Shown: positions 11,163 to 21,326 of the stretch, piece after piece
Layout: each line of letters opens with the position of its first letter
Numbering within the stretch: the stretch's first letter is position 1
The notes under the pieces: generated by a model
What the model saw: the letters and a program-made list of their open reading frames with translations, nothing else
Told to the model about the DNA's origin: nothing
The model's database searches: none
NCBI GenBank assembly: GCA_963663965.2
Contig: CAXXFK010000010.1
Span: forward strand, 160,001-224,000
DNA from: Sedimentisphaerales bacterium
GTDB lineage: Bacteria > Planctomycetota > Phycisphaerae > Sedimentisphaerales > SM23-30
Length of the DNA: 64,000 bases
Reading direction: 5' to 3'
Position numbers and translations under genes: made by a program

Positions 11163-12395
11163 ATGCCAACTGACACCATGAATTCTGCAATACAAAAAAA
11201 GAACAAAGAGCATACTTCTCAACCGGAACACCGGAAGAAACCGCTGGTTTCGATAGCTGTGGTGGATGATAATCCAACAGTCAGGCGGTTAGCCCAGATT
11301 ATTCTTGAAAAAGAAGGCTATCTTGTTGACCTGCTGGAAAATGGCAAACAGGCGCTGGAAATGGCCCATAGCAATCCGCCTGATTTAATGTTACTGGATT
11401 GCCAGATGCCGGATATCAACGGGTATGAAGTCTGCCGTCAAATTCATCGCGATCTGGAAAAAGGTCATTTTCCCGTCATATTCATATCCGGCAACACCGA
11501 CATCGAAAGTAAACTGGAAGGCTTTGAGTCCGGAGGCATTGATTATATTACCAAACCGTTCGATCCGGTCGAACTCAAATATCGGATTAAAACCCACCTG
11601 GAATTATCACGGCACCGGCGTCAAATTCATAAACAGGCCCGTCAACTGGAATTCCTGGTGGAATCGCAAAACCGGCGCCTGAATCAGCTCCGCGAGGCGC
11701 AGGAAAACCTGTTAACCTCACCGGAGCAGTTTCCTGAACTTAATCTGGGGATCCATTTCCAGCCAGCCCTGGAAGCGGGCGGGGATTTTTACGATATTCT
11801 AAAATTATCCGATGATCAATATGGTTTTCTGGTAGCGGATGTTTCCGGCCATGACCTTGGATCAGCCTATATCACCGGGGCGCTCAAGGCGTTAACGGTC
11901 TGCTTCACCAATGAAACCTTAACCGTGGATGAAACCTTTTTCATGCTGAACAGCGCCTTGATCAAATTCCTTGACGCGTGTCAATATGCGACGGCCTGTT
12001 ATATCAAATATACCCGTACCCATAAAAAACTGGACATCATTTGCGCCGGTCATCCGGCTCCCATTATACTTCGCAAGGACGGCACGATCTTTCAGCCGGA
12101 AATGAGCGGTATGGTTCTGGGGATGATGGATGAAGTGGACTGTGATGTGAACAGTGTGGAAGTCGCCCATGGCGACAGGCTGTATTTATTCACGGATGGG
12201 CTGATAGAAGGTTATCCAGACGAAAAAGGAAACACCGGCAGCCGTTTTTACGGCAATGCCTGCCTGATGGATAAAATAATCGAAACTCAATCGCTGCCCA
12301 TTAAAAGCAGTGTTATCAATATCAGCAAAGATTTTCAAGCCCGTAACCGAGGAGCCATAACAGACGATGTTATCTTGATGGGAATCGCATTTTAA
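11163..12395 (+). CDS. Response regulator receiver + PP2C/SpoIIE phosphatase (RsbU/RsbY-like)
   Basis: REC (VVDD, LLDCQMP, KPF) followed by AGGDFYD, ADVSGH, AGHP, FTDGLIE, DDVIL. Confidence 0.92.
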   Translation: MPTDTMNSAIQKKNKEHTSQPEHRKKPLVSIAVVDDNPTVRRLAQIILEKEGYLVDLLENGKQALEMAHSNPPDLMLLDCQMPDINGYEVCRQIHRDLEKGHFPVIFISGNTDIESKLEGFESGGIDYITKPFDPVELKYRIKTHLELSRHRRQIHKQARQLEFLVESQNRRLNQLREAQENLLTSPEQFPELNLGIHFQPALEAGGDFYDILKLSDDQYGFLVADVSGHDLGSAYITGALKALTVCFTNETLTVDETFFMLNSALIKFLDACQYATACYIKYTRTHKKLDIICAGHPAPIILRKDGTIFQPEMSGMVLGMMDEVDCDVNSVEVAHGDRLYLFTDGLIEGYPDEKGNTGSRFYGNACLMDKIIETQSLPIKSSVINISKDFQARNRGAITDDVILMGIAF

Positions 12396-12418
12396 AAAAG
12401 GGAAACAGGATATAAGCT

Positions 12419-12856
12419 ATGTTTGAATATCAAGAAAACGCAAATACTTTTACGATTATCATGAGCCCTACCCTCGCACATATAGACCGGGCCGATGATT
12501 GTATTACCGAATATATCAACAAGCACCCTCAACCTGTCGACGCCTTTGCATTACGCATCCTGGTGCGCGAATCGGTTCTAAACGCGGTCGAACACGGCTG
12601 CCAGCAGTCAGGAAATGGCGAAGTGCGCATCGATCTGGTCATTGAGGAATACGAAATCACCCTGACCGTGCGAGATAGCGGCAAGGGATTTAACTGGCGC
12701 GAACGATCCAGCTACAAAGACGAACTGGCCGAAGGCGGCCGGGGTCTGGCTTTGATGGAAATTTATTCGGATCGTATGGATTTTAACGACGCAGGGAACG
12801 AGTTGACGCTCAAACTGTTTAGTAAAGTCGAATCTGCTGTCAACCGACATAACTAA
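12419..12856 (+). CDS. Anti-sigma factor serine kinase (RsbW/SpoIIAB-like HATPase)
   Basis: ESVLNAVEHG, VRDSGKGF, GGRGLALM boxes. Confidence 0.9.
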   Translation: MFEYQENANTFTIIMSPTLAHIDRADDCITEYINKHPQPVDAFALRILVRESVLNAVEHGCQQSGNGEVRIDLVIEEYEITLTVRDSGKGFNWRERSSYKDELAEGGRGLALMEIYSDRMDFNDAGNELTLKLFSKVESAVNRHN

Positions 12857-12907
12857 AGTTATCTTGTATTACACTATATACAATTTACCATTATATGGAG
12901 TTCAATT

Positions 12908-13216
12908 ATGAGTAGTACACAAACACCGGCAGGGAACTTTGTGGTCAAGCCCGAAGGCAAAATCACCGCTGCGAATGCCGACGAATTTCGCAAGGAATTA
13001 CTTAGTGTCGTCGAAAACGGACACGTAGACCTGACCATCGACTTGTCGCAGGTTGACATGTTGGACTCCAAGGGATTGGCCGTGTTTATTGTCTGCCACA
13101 AAACCGTGCTGGAAAAAAAAGGTTCGCTCACGATAGTGACCGATAATCGGGATTTCCAGGATTTGTTCCATGTCATGCGACTCGACCGTCATTTTACCGT
13201 AAAAACGTCCGAATAA
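12908..13216 (+). CDS. STAS-domain anti-sigma factor antagonist (RsbV/SpoIIAA-like)
   Basis: IDLSQVDMLDSKGL carrying the phospho-acceptor Ser; 102 aa. Confidence 0.9.
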   Translation: MSSTQTPAGNFVVKPEGKITAANADEFRKELLSVVENGHVDLTIDLSQVDMLDSKGLAVFIVCHKTVLEKKGSLTIVTDNRDFQDLFHVMRLDRHFTVKTSE

Positions 13217-13251
13217 CCTTTGGCAACCAGGAAAAGAATGGAGACTATCAG

Positions 13252-16200
13252 ATGAGTTTAGAAAATAATGATCTCATCGCCTCGTTTGAAGAAGAAGCCA
13301 ATGAAGTGCTGGCCGATCTGGAAAACGATCTAATAAGCATTGAAGAAAGCGGCGATGATCTCGATAAAGAGCTGGTGAACCGGGTTTTTCGCGGGATACA
13401 CTCCATGAAAGGTTCGGCCGGATTTTTGGGACTCAAATCATTGAGCGAACTGGCACACGAAACCGAGAACATCCTTAATCTGATCCGAAACGATGAACTT
13501 AAACCCACCTCGGTTATTATCAATGCCATGCTGAAAGCGGCAGACGCTCTGCGTACCATGGTGGCGGACGTCAATAATTCTAATAATTTTGATGTCGCAC
13601 AATACATCAGCGACCTGCAGGCAGCCATCCGGAGCGATTTATCCGATGAGACCTGTGATTCGCTGGATCGCGATATCGATATTGCCCTGCCCAGCGGAAC
13701 CCTGGCATTTGTCATGATTTCCGAAGCCGATCTGGTATTGCGCCAACGACAAGGTCTGAATATCTATGTGGCTGAAGTGGATCTGATCGCTGATATCCAA
13801 GAAAAAGGCGCAACGCCCCTTGATCTGCTGCATATGGTCTATAAAAACGGCGAATTAATCAACAGCTATATCAGCACGGCAGGCGTTGGCAACCTGTCGC
13901 GAGAACTGCCCGAATCATTCATGTTCATGATTTTGATGGCCTCAAATCTTGGACAGGAAGAATTGGCAGACGCATTGCAAATCCCACTGGACCGGTTGCA
14001 TTTGATTGCAACGTTCAGTCAGACGCAATGGGATACAACCGGCCCCGTTGAGCCCGATACTGACATCGTCCAGCCGGCAAAAAGTACTCAAAAGAACACA
14101 AAAACCAGTGAGTCCCTATCCTCTCAGCCAAGCCATACTCCTGAAAAAGCAGCAACCCGTGTTCCATTGAAATCGGCGGCGAAAGCCAAAACCAACAATA
14201 ATGACGAGGAAAAATCGGCCAACCGGGCGCAACAATCCGCCCCCAGCTCCGGCGCGAAACTGACCAGTTTGCGGGTTAATGTCAAGGTGCTTGACACGCT
14301 GATGAATCTGGCCGGAGAATTGGTGCTTGGGCGAAATCAACTGCTGCAGGAAGCTGAAACGAAGGATTTCAGCGGGATCAACGCCGTGGCCGCCCGAATC
14401 GATCAGGTGACCAGCGAACTGCAGGAAGCCGTCATGCAAACGCGAATGCAACCGATCGGCACTGTCTTTAACAAGTTCCCACGGATAGTCAGAGACTTAT
14501 GTGCCGACCTTGGGAAAAACTGCGAACTGGAAATCGATGGCAGCGAAGTCGAAATGGATAAAACCATTATCGAGGGAATCGGCGACCCCCTGACCCATCT
14601 GATACGCAATTCCTGCGATCATGGGATCGAAATGCCAGAGGAACGAACCGCCAGAGAAAAACCTGCCCTCGGTACGATTAAACTCAGAGCCTTCCATCAG
14701 GCGGGAAAAGTGAATATCACAATTCAGGATGATGGAGCCGGCATCAATATACCGCGCGTCAAGGAAAAAGCGGTTGAAAAAGGCATGATCACAACAGAAC
14801 AAGCCCGTGACATGAGTGACCGGGAAGCGGCGCGATTGATTTTCCAGCCGGGATTTTCCACCGCAACCCAGGTAACCAGCGTCAGTGGCCGCGGCGTCGG
14901 TATGGATGTCGTTCGAACCAATATAGAACAACTGGGCGGCACCGTTGATATCGACTCGACCATAGGTTTGGGCACAACGATCGCCATAAAACTTCCCTTA
15001 ACGCTGGCGATTATCCCTTCCTTGATTGTACGCTCCGGCAGTGAGCAGTACGCCATCCCACAAGTGAACATCAGCGAAATTGTCCGGATTAAAGCTACGG
15101 ATGTTGCAGAAAAAATCGAAAAGATTAAAAACGCCGAAGTTTTGCGGTTGCGAGGGCAATTGCTTCCCCTGGTCCGGCTCAGCCGGGTACTGGAAAAACC
15201 AGGCAAATATAAAGATCCCTACTCCGGAAGCCTGATTACCGACAACCGGGAAAACATCGCCGATCGCCGCAGCAAGATTTCGACATCAGACCGTATAGAT
15301 AGTGAGACCGCAGAACGGCGCACCCCATCTGATCGACGACTGGACTCCATGGCTGGCGCGATTAAAATCATCGTTGTTGAAACCGGCATTCTGAAATACG
15401 GATTGATCGTCGATGAGTTGTTTGACAATAAAGAGATTGTGGTTAAGCCGCTGGGGCATCACATGAAGAAATGCAATACGCTGGCCGGCGCTACGATCCT
15501 GGGAGACGGCAAGGTCGCCTTGATCCTGGACGTAGTCGGTATTGCCACCCATATGGAACTGGCGGCGACAGAGCGCTCGGAATTGAAAACCGATTCCAGC
15601 AGCGTAACGGACAAAACCTCTGAAACGCAATCCGTGATGATCTTCAGCAACCATCCGGATGAGTTCTTTGCCATTCCAACCTCCTTTATTGCCAGGATTG
15701 AACGCATCCAGACCGATCAGATCGACACGGTGGGCGGACAGGAAGTTCTGCAATATCGCGGGACCTCGTTGCCATTGCTTTGTCTGGAAAAACATATTAA
15801 CGCTCAATCGCGCGAAACCATTCGGTCAACCTACGTCGTCGTTTTCAAGATTGGCAACAAAGAAGCCGGCCTGGTCGCCCCGGAACTGGTTGATATTCAT
15901 GAGATCCCCGCCCAGATCGATACGATCACCTTCCGGGAAAAAGGGATTATTGGATCGTGCATTGTTAACAACCGCACCGTTCGGGTAGTGGACATCTATG
16001 AAATCATCGAAAGTTCACATCGACACTGGCTGGACAGCACAACAGATATTAAGAAGGTGCGTAAGAGCCAGACGACACTGCTGCTGGCGGAAGATTCTGA
16101 CTTTTTCCGGCAACAAATGAAAGCGTTTATCGAAGCCGAAGGATATACCGTGGTTGATTGTGAAGACGGGCAGATTGCCTGGGACACTCTCCAGAAAGAC

Positions 16201-16452
16201 GACCCGCAATTCGATCTGATCCTGACCGACATCGAGATGCCTAATATGAACGGCCTGAAATTTTCCGAGCTGGTGAAAGCGGATTCACGATACTCGCATC
16301 TGCCCATTATTGCCGTGACCAGTCTGGCCAGCGAGGAAGACATGGAGAAAGGTTACCGTGCCGGAATCGATGACTACCAGATCAAACTCGATCGCGACAA
16401 ACTGTTACAAAGCATTAAACGTTTACTCGGCGCCCAACAACCGACCGTTTAA
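13252..16452 (+). CDS. cheA: Hybrid chemotaxis histidine kinase CheA (HPt, linker/P2-like, dimerisation, HATPase, two CheW domains, REC)
   Basis: FRGIHSMKGSAG, LMNLAGELVLGRNQL, HLIRNSCDHGIE, DDGAG, SGRGVGMDVV, LPLTLAI, two CheW-like domains, C-terminal REC (AEDS...TDIEMP). Confidence 0.96.
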   Translation: MSLENNDLIASFEEEANEVLADLENDLISIEESGDDLDKELVNRVFRGIHSMKGSAGFLGLKSLSELAHETENILNLIRNDELKPTSVIINAMLKAADALRTMVADVNNSNNFDVAQYISDLQAAIRSDLSDETCDSLDRDIDIALPSGTLAFVMISEADLVLRQRQGLNIYVAEVDLIADIQEKGATPLDLLHMVYKNGELINSYISTAGVGNLSRELPESFMFMILMASNLGQEELADALQIPLDRLHLIATFSQTQWDTTGPVEPDTDIVQPAKSTQKNTKTSESLSSQPSHTPEKAATRVPLKSAAKAKTNNNDEEKSANRAQQSAPSSGAKLTSLRVNVKVLDTLMNLAGELVLGRNQLLQEAETKDFSGINAVAARIDQVTSELQEAVMQTRMQPIGTVFNKFPRIVRDLCADLGKNCELEIDGSEVEMDKTIIEGIGDPLTHLIRNSCDHGIEMPEERTAREKPALGTIKLRAFHQAGKVNITIQDDGAGINIPRVKEKAVEKGMITTEQARDMSDREAARLIFQPGFSTATQVTSVSGRGVGMDVVRTNIEQLGGTVDIDSTIGLGTTIAIKLPLTLAIIPSLIVRSGSEQYAIPQVNISEIVRIKATDVAEKIEKIKNAEVLRLRGQLLPLVRLSRVLEKPGKYKDPYSGSLITDNRENIADRRSKISTSDRIDSETAERRTPSDRRLDSMAGAIKIIVVETGILKYGLIVDELFDNKEIVVKPLGHHMKKCNTLAGATILGDGKVALILDVVGIATHMELAATERSELKTDSSSVTDKTSETQSVMIFSNHPDEFFAIPTSFIARIERIQTDQIDTVGGQEVLQYRGTSLPLLCLEKHINAQSRETIRSTYVVVFKIGNKEAGLVAPELVDIHEIPAQIDTITFREKGIIGSCIVNNRTVRVVDIYEIIESSHRHWLDSTTDIKKVRKSQTTLLLAEDSDFFRQQMKAFIEAEGYTVVDCEDGQIAWDTLQKDDPQFDLILTDIEMPNMNGLKFSELVKADSRYSHLPIIAVTSLASEEDMEKGYRAGIDDYQIKLDRDKLLQSIKRLLGAQQPTV

Positions 16453-16481
16453 ATTGATTTCGATTCGGAAAGGAATCAAAC

Positions 16482-16961
16482 ATGGCCAGAAACGATCATA
16501 CTGACACTATTCGAACAACCGAGCAGGAATACATCACTTTCTACATTGGCGACATGTTGATGGGCATTGATATCCAGCGAGTTCAGGAAATCAATCACAA
16601 CCTTGACTGTACCCCGGTTCCGCATACTGACGATTTTATTCGGGGAGTGATCAATCTGCGCGGCGAGGTGGTCACCGTATTGGAATTACGGAAAATTCTT
16701 AATTTACCCGAGCCGGCCGCGAAACAACAACACCGCAATATAATCGTTAATGCCGACGGTGAATCGATCGGACTGGTGATTGACCGGATATCCGATGTCG
16801 TCATTGCCGACAACCAGGAAATCGAACCGGCTCCAGCGAATTTAAACGGTATCAATAACCGCTTCTTTAATGGGGTATATAAAAAAGAAAAGGAATTATT
16901 ACTGTTGTTAAATATCGATGAAATCGTCATGAATGAAATTGGCGAAACAGTGGACATTTAA
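16482..16961 (+). CDS. cheW: Chemotaxis coupling protein CheW
   Basis: GIDIQRVQEI, TPVPH, IRGVINLRGEVVTV, IGLVIDRISDV. Confidence 0.95.
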   Translation: MARNDHTDTIRTTEQEYITFYIGDMLMGIDIQRVQEINHNLDCTPVPHTDDFIRGVINLRGEVVTVLELRKILNLPEPAAKQQHRNIIVNADGESIGLVIDRISDVVIADNQEIEPAPANLNGINNRFFNGVYKKEKELLLLLNIDEIVMNEIGETVDI

Positions 16962-17043
16962 TATTTGGTATCCGTCATTAACCGGATTTCTCGAACCCTA
17001 ATCGATCCCTTCGAAATGAATCAGAGAGGAAGCGTCGCCATTC

Positions 17044-18168
17044 ATGGAACAGATCGTGGTCAGAGCCCTGGTAGTCGATGACACTGTCGTCTATCGCAAA
17101 ATAGTCACCGACATCCTGCAATCGATTGAAGGGGTCGAAGTCGTCGCGTCGGCATCCAATGGCAAATCGGCGTTGCAAAAGATTCATGAATTGTCGCCCG
17201 ACATTGTCACCCTGGATCTGGAAATGCCGGTCATGGACGGTTTGCAGACGCTCGAGGCGCTCAAAGATTCTCCCGCCGGCAATCGTCCCGGGGTAATCAT
17301 GCTCAGCGCTTTCACGACCGAAGGCGCCAATGCGACAGTAAAAGCGCTGGAACTGGGCGCATTCGATTTTATTTTAAAACCGGCCAGCGGCGATATTCAA
17401 AAGAATGTGGAATCCCTGCGGCAGGAATTGGGATTAAAGATTCGCGCCTGTATGCGGTCACGCCAGGTCCGCTCCTTATTGCAAGGCTTACCCAACCGGC
17501 TGGCCGTTCGTTCAGAAACTCAAACCCGACGCATCCCGCCCGCGCCCGTTGCGCCATCGGGAACCATCTCCCCGCTTCGTAAGAAACCTCAAGTTGTGAC
17601 CATCGGCATTTCAACCGGCGGGCCACAGGCATTAACCAAAATCCTGCCACTGATTCCGGGTGATTTCCCCATACCCATTTTGATTGTCCAGCATATGCCC
17701 CCCATGTTTACCAAATCGCTGGCAGACGATCTCAATCGGCGCTGTCCCATGCAGGTTTATGAAGCCCAGCACGATCAGCCCATCGTACCCGGCGCCATCT
17801 ATATCGCGCCCGGTGGCAAACAAATGAAAGCCCATCTTCAACAAGACAAATACTGCATCAAAATCACTGATGATCCTCCGGAGAACAGTTGCAAACCAGC
17901 GGTCGATTACCTGTTCCGTTCTGTCGCCCATGCCTATGACGGACAAGCGATCGCCGTTGTCATGACTGGTATGGGATCCGACGGCACCCTGGGATGCCGC
18001 CTCCTGAAACGCGCCGGGGCCACCATCATCACTCAAAATGAGGCTACGTGTACGGTTTATGGCATGCCCCGCATGCCTGCCGAAGAAGGCCTATCCGACT
18101 ATATTTTACCCTTAATGGAAATACCCACAAAAATCGTTCAGATGACCCAGCATAAGGTGTACGCTTGA
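17044..18168 (+). CDS. cheB: Chemotaxis response regulator protein-glutamate methylesterase
   Basis: REC plus GISTGGP, VQHMPP, CKPAVDYLF, MTGMGSDG, VYGMP. Confidence 0.96.
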   Translation: MEQIVVRALVVDDTVVYRKIVTDILQSIEGVEVVASASNGKSALQKIHELSPDIVTLDLEMPVMDGLQTLEALKDSPAGNRPGVIMLSAFTTEGANATVKALELGAFDFILKPASGDIQKNVESLRQELGLKIRACMRSRQVRSLLQGLPNRLAVRSETQTRRIPPAPVAPSGTISPLRKKPQVVTIGISTGGPQALTKILPLIPGDFPIPILIVQHMPPMFTKSLADDLNRRCPMQVYEAQHDQPIVPGAIYIAPGGKQMKAHLQQDKYCIKITDDPPENSCKPAVDYLFRSVAHAYDGQAIAVVMTGMGSDGTLGCRLLKRAGATIITQNEATCTVYGMPRMPAEEGLSDYILPLMEIPTKIVQMTQHKVYA

Positions 18169-19010
18169 AAGTAACAAAAGAAGATATTCAAGTCATTTCC
18201 CGTTTGGTCGATGATCTATGCGGTATCGTTCTGGACGAGACCAAGGATTATCTCATCGAAAGCCGGCTCTCCGACATCGCCGAACGAGCGGGCTGCTCAA
18301 CTTTTACCGAACTGTACTATAAAGCGCGTTACAAAGAAAACCGGGAACTTCAGCGTGAAATTGTCAATGCCATTACTACCCGGGAGACGCTTTTCTTTCG
18401 CGATAACGCCCCATTCGATGCCTTGCAATTTAAATTATTACCTGAAATGATTGACGCCAAGGCCAAAACCGCCCAACCCCGCCGTTTTCGTATCTGGAGC
18501 GCCGCTTGCAGTTCAGGCCAGGAACCTTACAGTATAGCCATGACGTTTCTGGAAATGCTCCCGGATATTTCCAAATGGGATATCCAGATTCTGGCAACGG
18601 ACATATCCGATGAGGCCATTACCCAGGCCAGCCGCGGAGTCTATGCCCAGCATGAAATTCAGCGCGGTCTGAAACCCGAAATGCTCAACAAATATTTTGT
18701 ACCTGAAGGCCGATATTATAAAATCAAGGATCAGGCAAGAGCGCTGGTCAGTTTTCGACAATTAAATTTACATGAGCCATTTACTGGCCTGGGACCTTTC
18801 GATATAATATTCTGTAGAAATGTGGCGATCTATTTCAAACCAGACGCCAAAAAGGATATTTTTACGAGGCTGGCCCAGAAATTAACCCCAGATGGGATAT
18901 TATTCGTGGGTTCGACAGAGTCTCTGACAGATGTTGGTTCGCAATTTGTGCCCGAAAATCACTGTCGTGCGAATTTTTATCGCCCCAATCGTAAGCTGGT
19001 GACAACTTAA
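18165..19010 (+). CDS. cheR: Protein-glutamate O-methyltransferase CheR
   Basis: TTRETLFFRD, WSAACSSGQEPYS, ATDIS, IFCRNVAIYF, GSTES; TTG start overlapping the cheB stop. Confidence 0.96.
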   Translation: MKVTKEDIQVISRLVDDLCGIVLDETKDYLIESRLSDIAERAGCSTFTELYYKARYKENRELQREIVNAITTRETLFFRDNAPFDALQFKLLPEMIDAKAKTAQPRRFRIWSAACSSGQEPYSIAMTFLEMLPDISKWDIQILATDISDEAITQASRGVYAQHEIQRGLKPEMLNKYFVPEGRYYKIKDQARALVSFRQLNLHEPFTGLGPFDIIFCRNVAIYFKPDAKKDIFTRLAQKLTPDGILFVGSTESLTDVGSQFVPENHCRANFYRPNRKLVTT

Positions 19011-19065
19011 GCCCTGCGATACGCTTCAATTTAAACCATAACTAATTACAATATAAACCGTTAAA

Positions 19066-19635
19066 ATGAATTGGCTCCCAGTAGTATTCTATTCCATCAC
19101 GATTATTTGCCTTCTGGCGCTAATGGTTTATTTAGTTTATTTGATTCGTTTTAAATCCATCAAACCTCCATCACCAAGATTAAAAACCGCTTCTCAAGCA
19201 GAGGCGCTCAAGTCGCTTCCGGGCAGCCCAGCCACTTCAAAAGGGCTTTTTCGCTATTCCACCTCATCAAATATACCATCATCACAATTGAATCCATCCC
19301 CGGCATTCCCATTAGTATATGACAAACTTGACCCAGCCAAGCCTTCTGAAACCAACCTGGAAGCCGATACGCTGGGAGCGCTTGAAAATGTACAGAAACA
19401 ACTATTGGAGATTCAAGCCGCGCTGGCCCGACATGAAAACAACCGTCTGGATAACGCACTTACCCCGGAAAATCGAGACCCGCAGAAGCAAACCAACCAA
19501 TCCCAACTATTAAATCAACAATTAAACGATTTGTCTCAATCTTATTCAAATAACGAATCAGAGGGGATAATGCAACGGCTGGCCCGTCAGTTTCAACATC
19601 TTGAACAATATATCAAAGCCAGACTTTTCCGTTGA
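19066..19635 (+). CDS. Hypothetical protein: N-terminal TM anchor, Ser/Pro-rich linker, coiled coil
   Basis: 189-aa ORF filling the gap after cheR; no family recognised. Confidence 0.6.
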   Translation: MNWLPVVFYSITIICLLALMVYLVYLIRFKSIKPPSPRLKTASQAEALKSLPGSPATSKGLFRYSTSSNIPSSQLNPSPAFPLVYDKLDPAKPSETNLEADTLGALENVQKQLLEIQAALARHENNRLDNALTPENRDPQKQTNQSQLLNQQLNDLSQSYSNNESEGIMQRLARQFQHLEQYIKARLFR

Positions 19636-19647
19636 ACGTAATACCCT

Positions 19648-20565
19648 ATGAGCTGTTTTTTGATGCATCTTTTCGCCTTTTTCATCATATTGATATCAAT
19701 CCCATTAATGGCCGATTCCCGCAGGATTCGAATTCAGGAAATATATCATCTGAATCCTGAAGCGACACAGCAAATTTCATCCACCATCCAGGTACCCCTG
19801 CAGCAGGATCCGGGACAACAGATTGAAACCATGGTGATTTCGCCCGCGCATAAGCAACTTTTCCAGCAAAACGGTCATTTTTATACTACTCATCATTTTG
19901 TACAACCCGAGGAACCCATTACTATCAGAATTCAAACAGATCTGATATTGACCAACCGGGATTTAAATACTGTTCTGCGACAGCCAGTGAATCCCGGCCA
20001 GACGCTGGCAGACGCCAGACCTTATCTGATTGACGAACCTTTTATTCCAACCAAACACCCTGACATACAAACACTGGCCGGTTCACTTCGATCCAACCAA
20101 CCGCAAGACACCCTATACGCCATTTACCGATACACCATCGATCATATGAACTACACGGGTTTTACACCTGAAGACCGAGGCGGTTTGTATGGCTATCAGA
20201 CCGGTCAGGGTGATTGTACTGAATACTCAGATCTGTTCGTCACGCTGGCCCGGGCCTGCGCCATACCGGCCCGCGTCGTGCAAGGGTATACCCTGGATTA
20301 TACCGAAACCCCCCGCCACACCTGGGTGGAAGCGTTCCTGACCGGATACGGATGGATTCGTTTCGATCCAACTTTCGGTGATCAAACCGATCCCACCCTT
20401 CAGGAATATTTTTTTGCACATTTAAAAAATTACTATATCGCTGTTTCTACCCGTCGCAATGATCCAGTCCTCAATAATATGCACTCGTATTATATCGAAA
20501 ATGTTGGCGGCAAACTGCAAGTTGGGATGGATACCCGATTCCAGATTGAAATTGCCGCCCAATAA
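19648..20565 (+). CDS. Secreted transglutaminase-like (cysteine protease) domain protein
   Basis: GDCTEYSDLFVTLARACAIPARVVQG, HTWVEA and FDPT give the Cys-His-Asp triad; signal peptide. Confidence 0.9.
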   Translation: MSCFLMHLFAFFIILISIPLMADSRRIRIQEIYHLNPEATQQISSTIQVPLQQDPGQQIETMVISPAHKQLFQQNGHFYTTHHFVQPEEPITIRIQTDLILTNRDLNTVLRQPVNPGQTLADARPYLIDEPFIPTKHPDIQTLAGSLRSNQPQDTLYAIYRYTIDHMNYTGFTPEDRGGLYGYQTGQGDCTEYSDLFVTLARACAIPARVVQGYTLDYTETPRHTWVEAFLTGYGWIRFDPTFGDQTDPTLQEYFFAHLKNYYIAVSTRRNDPVLNNMHSYYIENVGGKLQVGMDTRFQIEIAAQ

Positions 20566-20702
20566 ATGGTAAGGGTCCCTCAAAGAATTCAATCAAGCTT
20601 CAATGTTACCGGGTGACTCCAGAACCAACAATATTACCGGGAATAAAGATAAATACCGATCAGACCGATAATATAAATATAATTATTCAGGACTTGATAC
20701 CA

Positions 20703-20999
20703 ATGTGGCTATTAGATAATCCAATTAATATTATTTATATACTGGGATTTGGCGTTGCCAGCCTGATCATATTGAACAGTCTGGCCGCTAAACGAAAAGA
20801 ACTGATTAAAACTTATCAAGTACTCAAAGCGGAAGAAGCAAGAATTGCAGAGGAAGAACGTCAAAAAGAAATCGAAAACATGAAACAGGAACAACTTCAG
20901 GCTGAAATGGATGAAGAACAATCCGGAAGCCAAAAAGTTAAAAAGAAGCCGGAATCAAAAGTAGCACCCGATGAAGAAGTCCTGCCTGAAATCCGATAG
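20703..20999 (+). CDS. Small hypothetical protein with TM helix and charged tail (ORF track starts at 20613)
   Basis: MWLLDNP...LGFGVASLIILNSLAAKRK followed by an E/K-rich coil. Start codon uncertain. Confidence 0.55.
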   Translation: MWLLDNPINIIYILGFGVASLIILNSLAAKRKELIKTYQVLKAEEARIAEEERQKEIENMKQEQLQAEMDEEQSGSQKVKKKPESKVAPDEEVLPEIR

Positions 21000-21131
21000 A
21001 AAACTACATAACATACTAGATATAAACAAGTTACGACCATTTAACCCTGATCGAGTATCGGATGTTGTCATTTTTTAAATTTACTCTGGCATTCTTAATC
21101 CGTTTGATATAACATTATTGTCCTGACTATG

Positions 21132-21206
<75 letters not shown>

Positions 21207-21326
21207 TTGAAACGTAAATATTGCCGGGATTACAAGTTACGACTCCCTATTCAGCCTGATAGTGCGGCATAAATTGGATAACAAAATGTACCCATGGGTA
21301 CTCCAACCCAATTTTAGGCGCTTATC

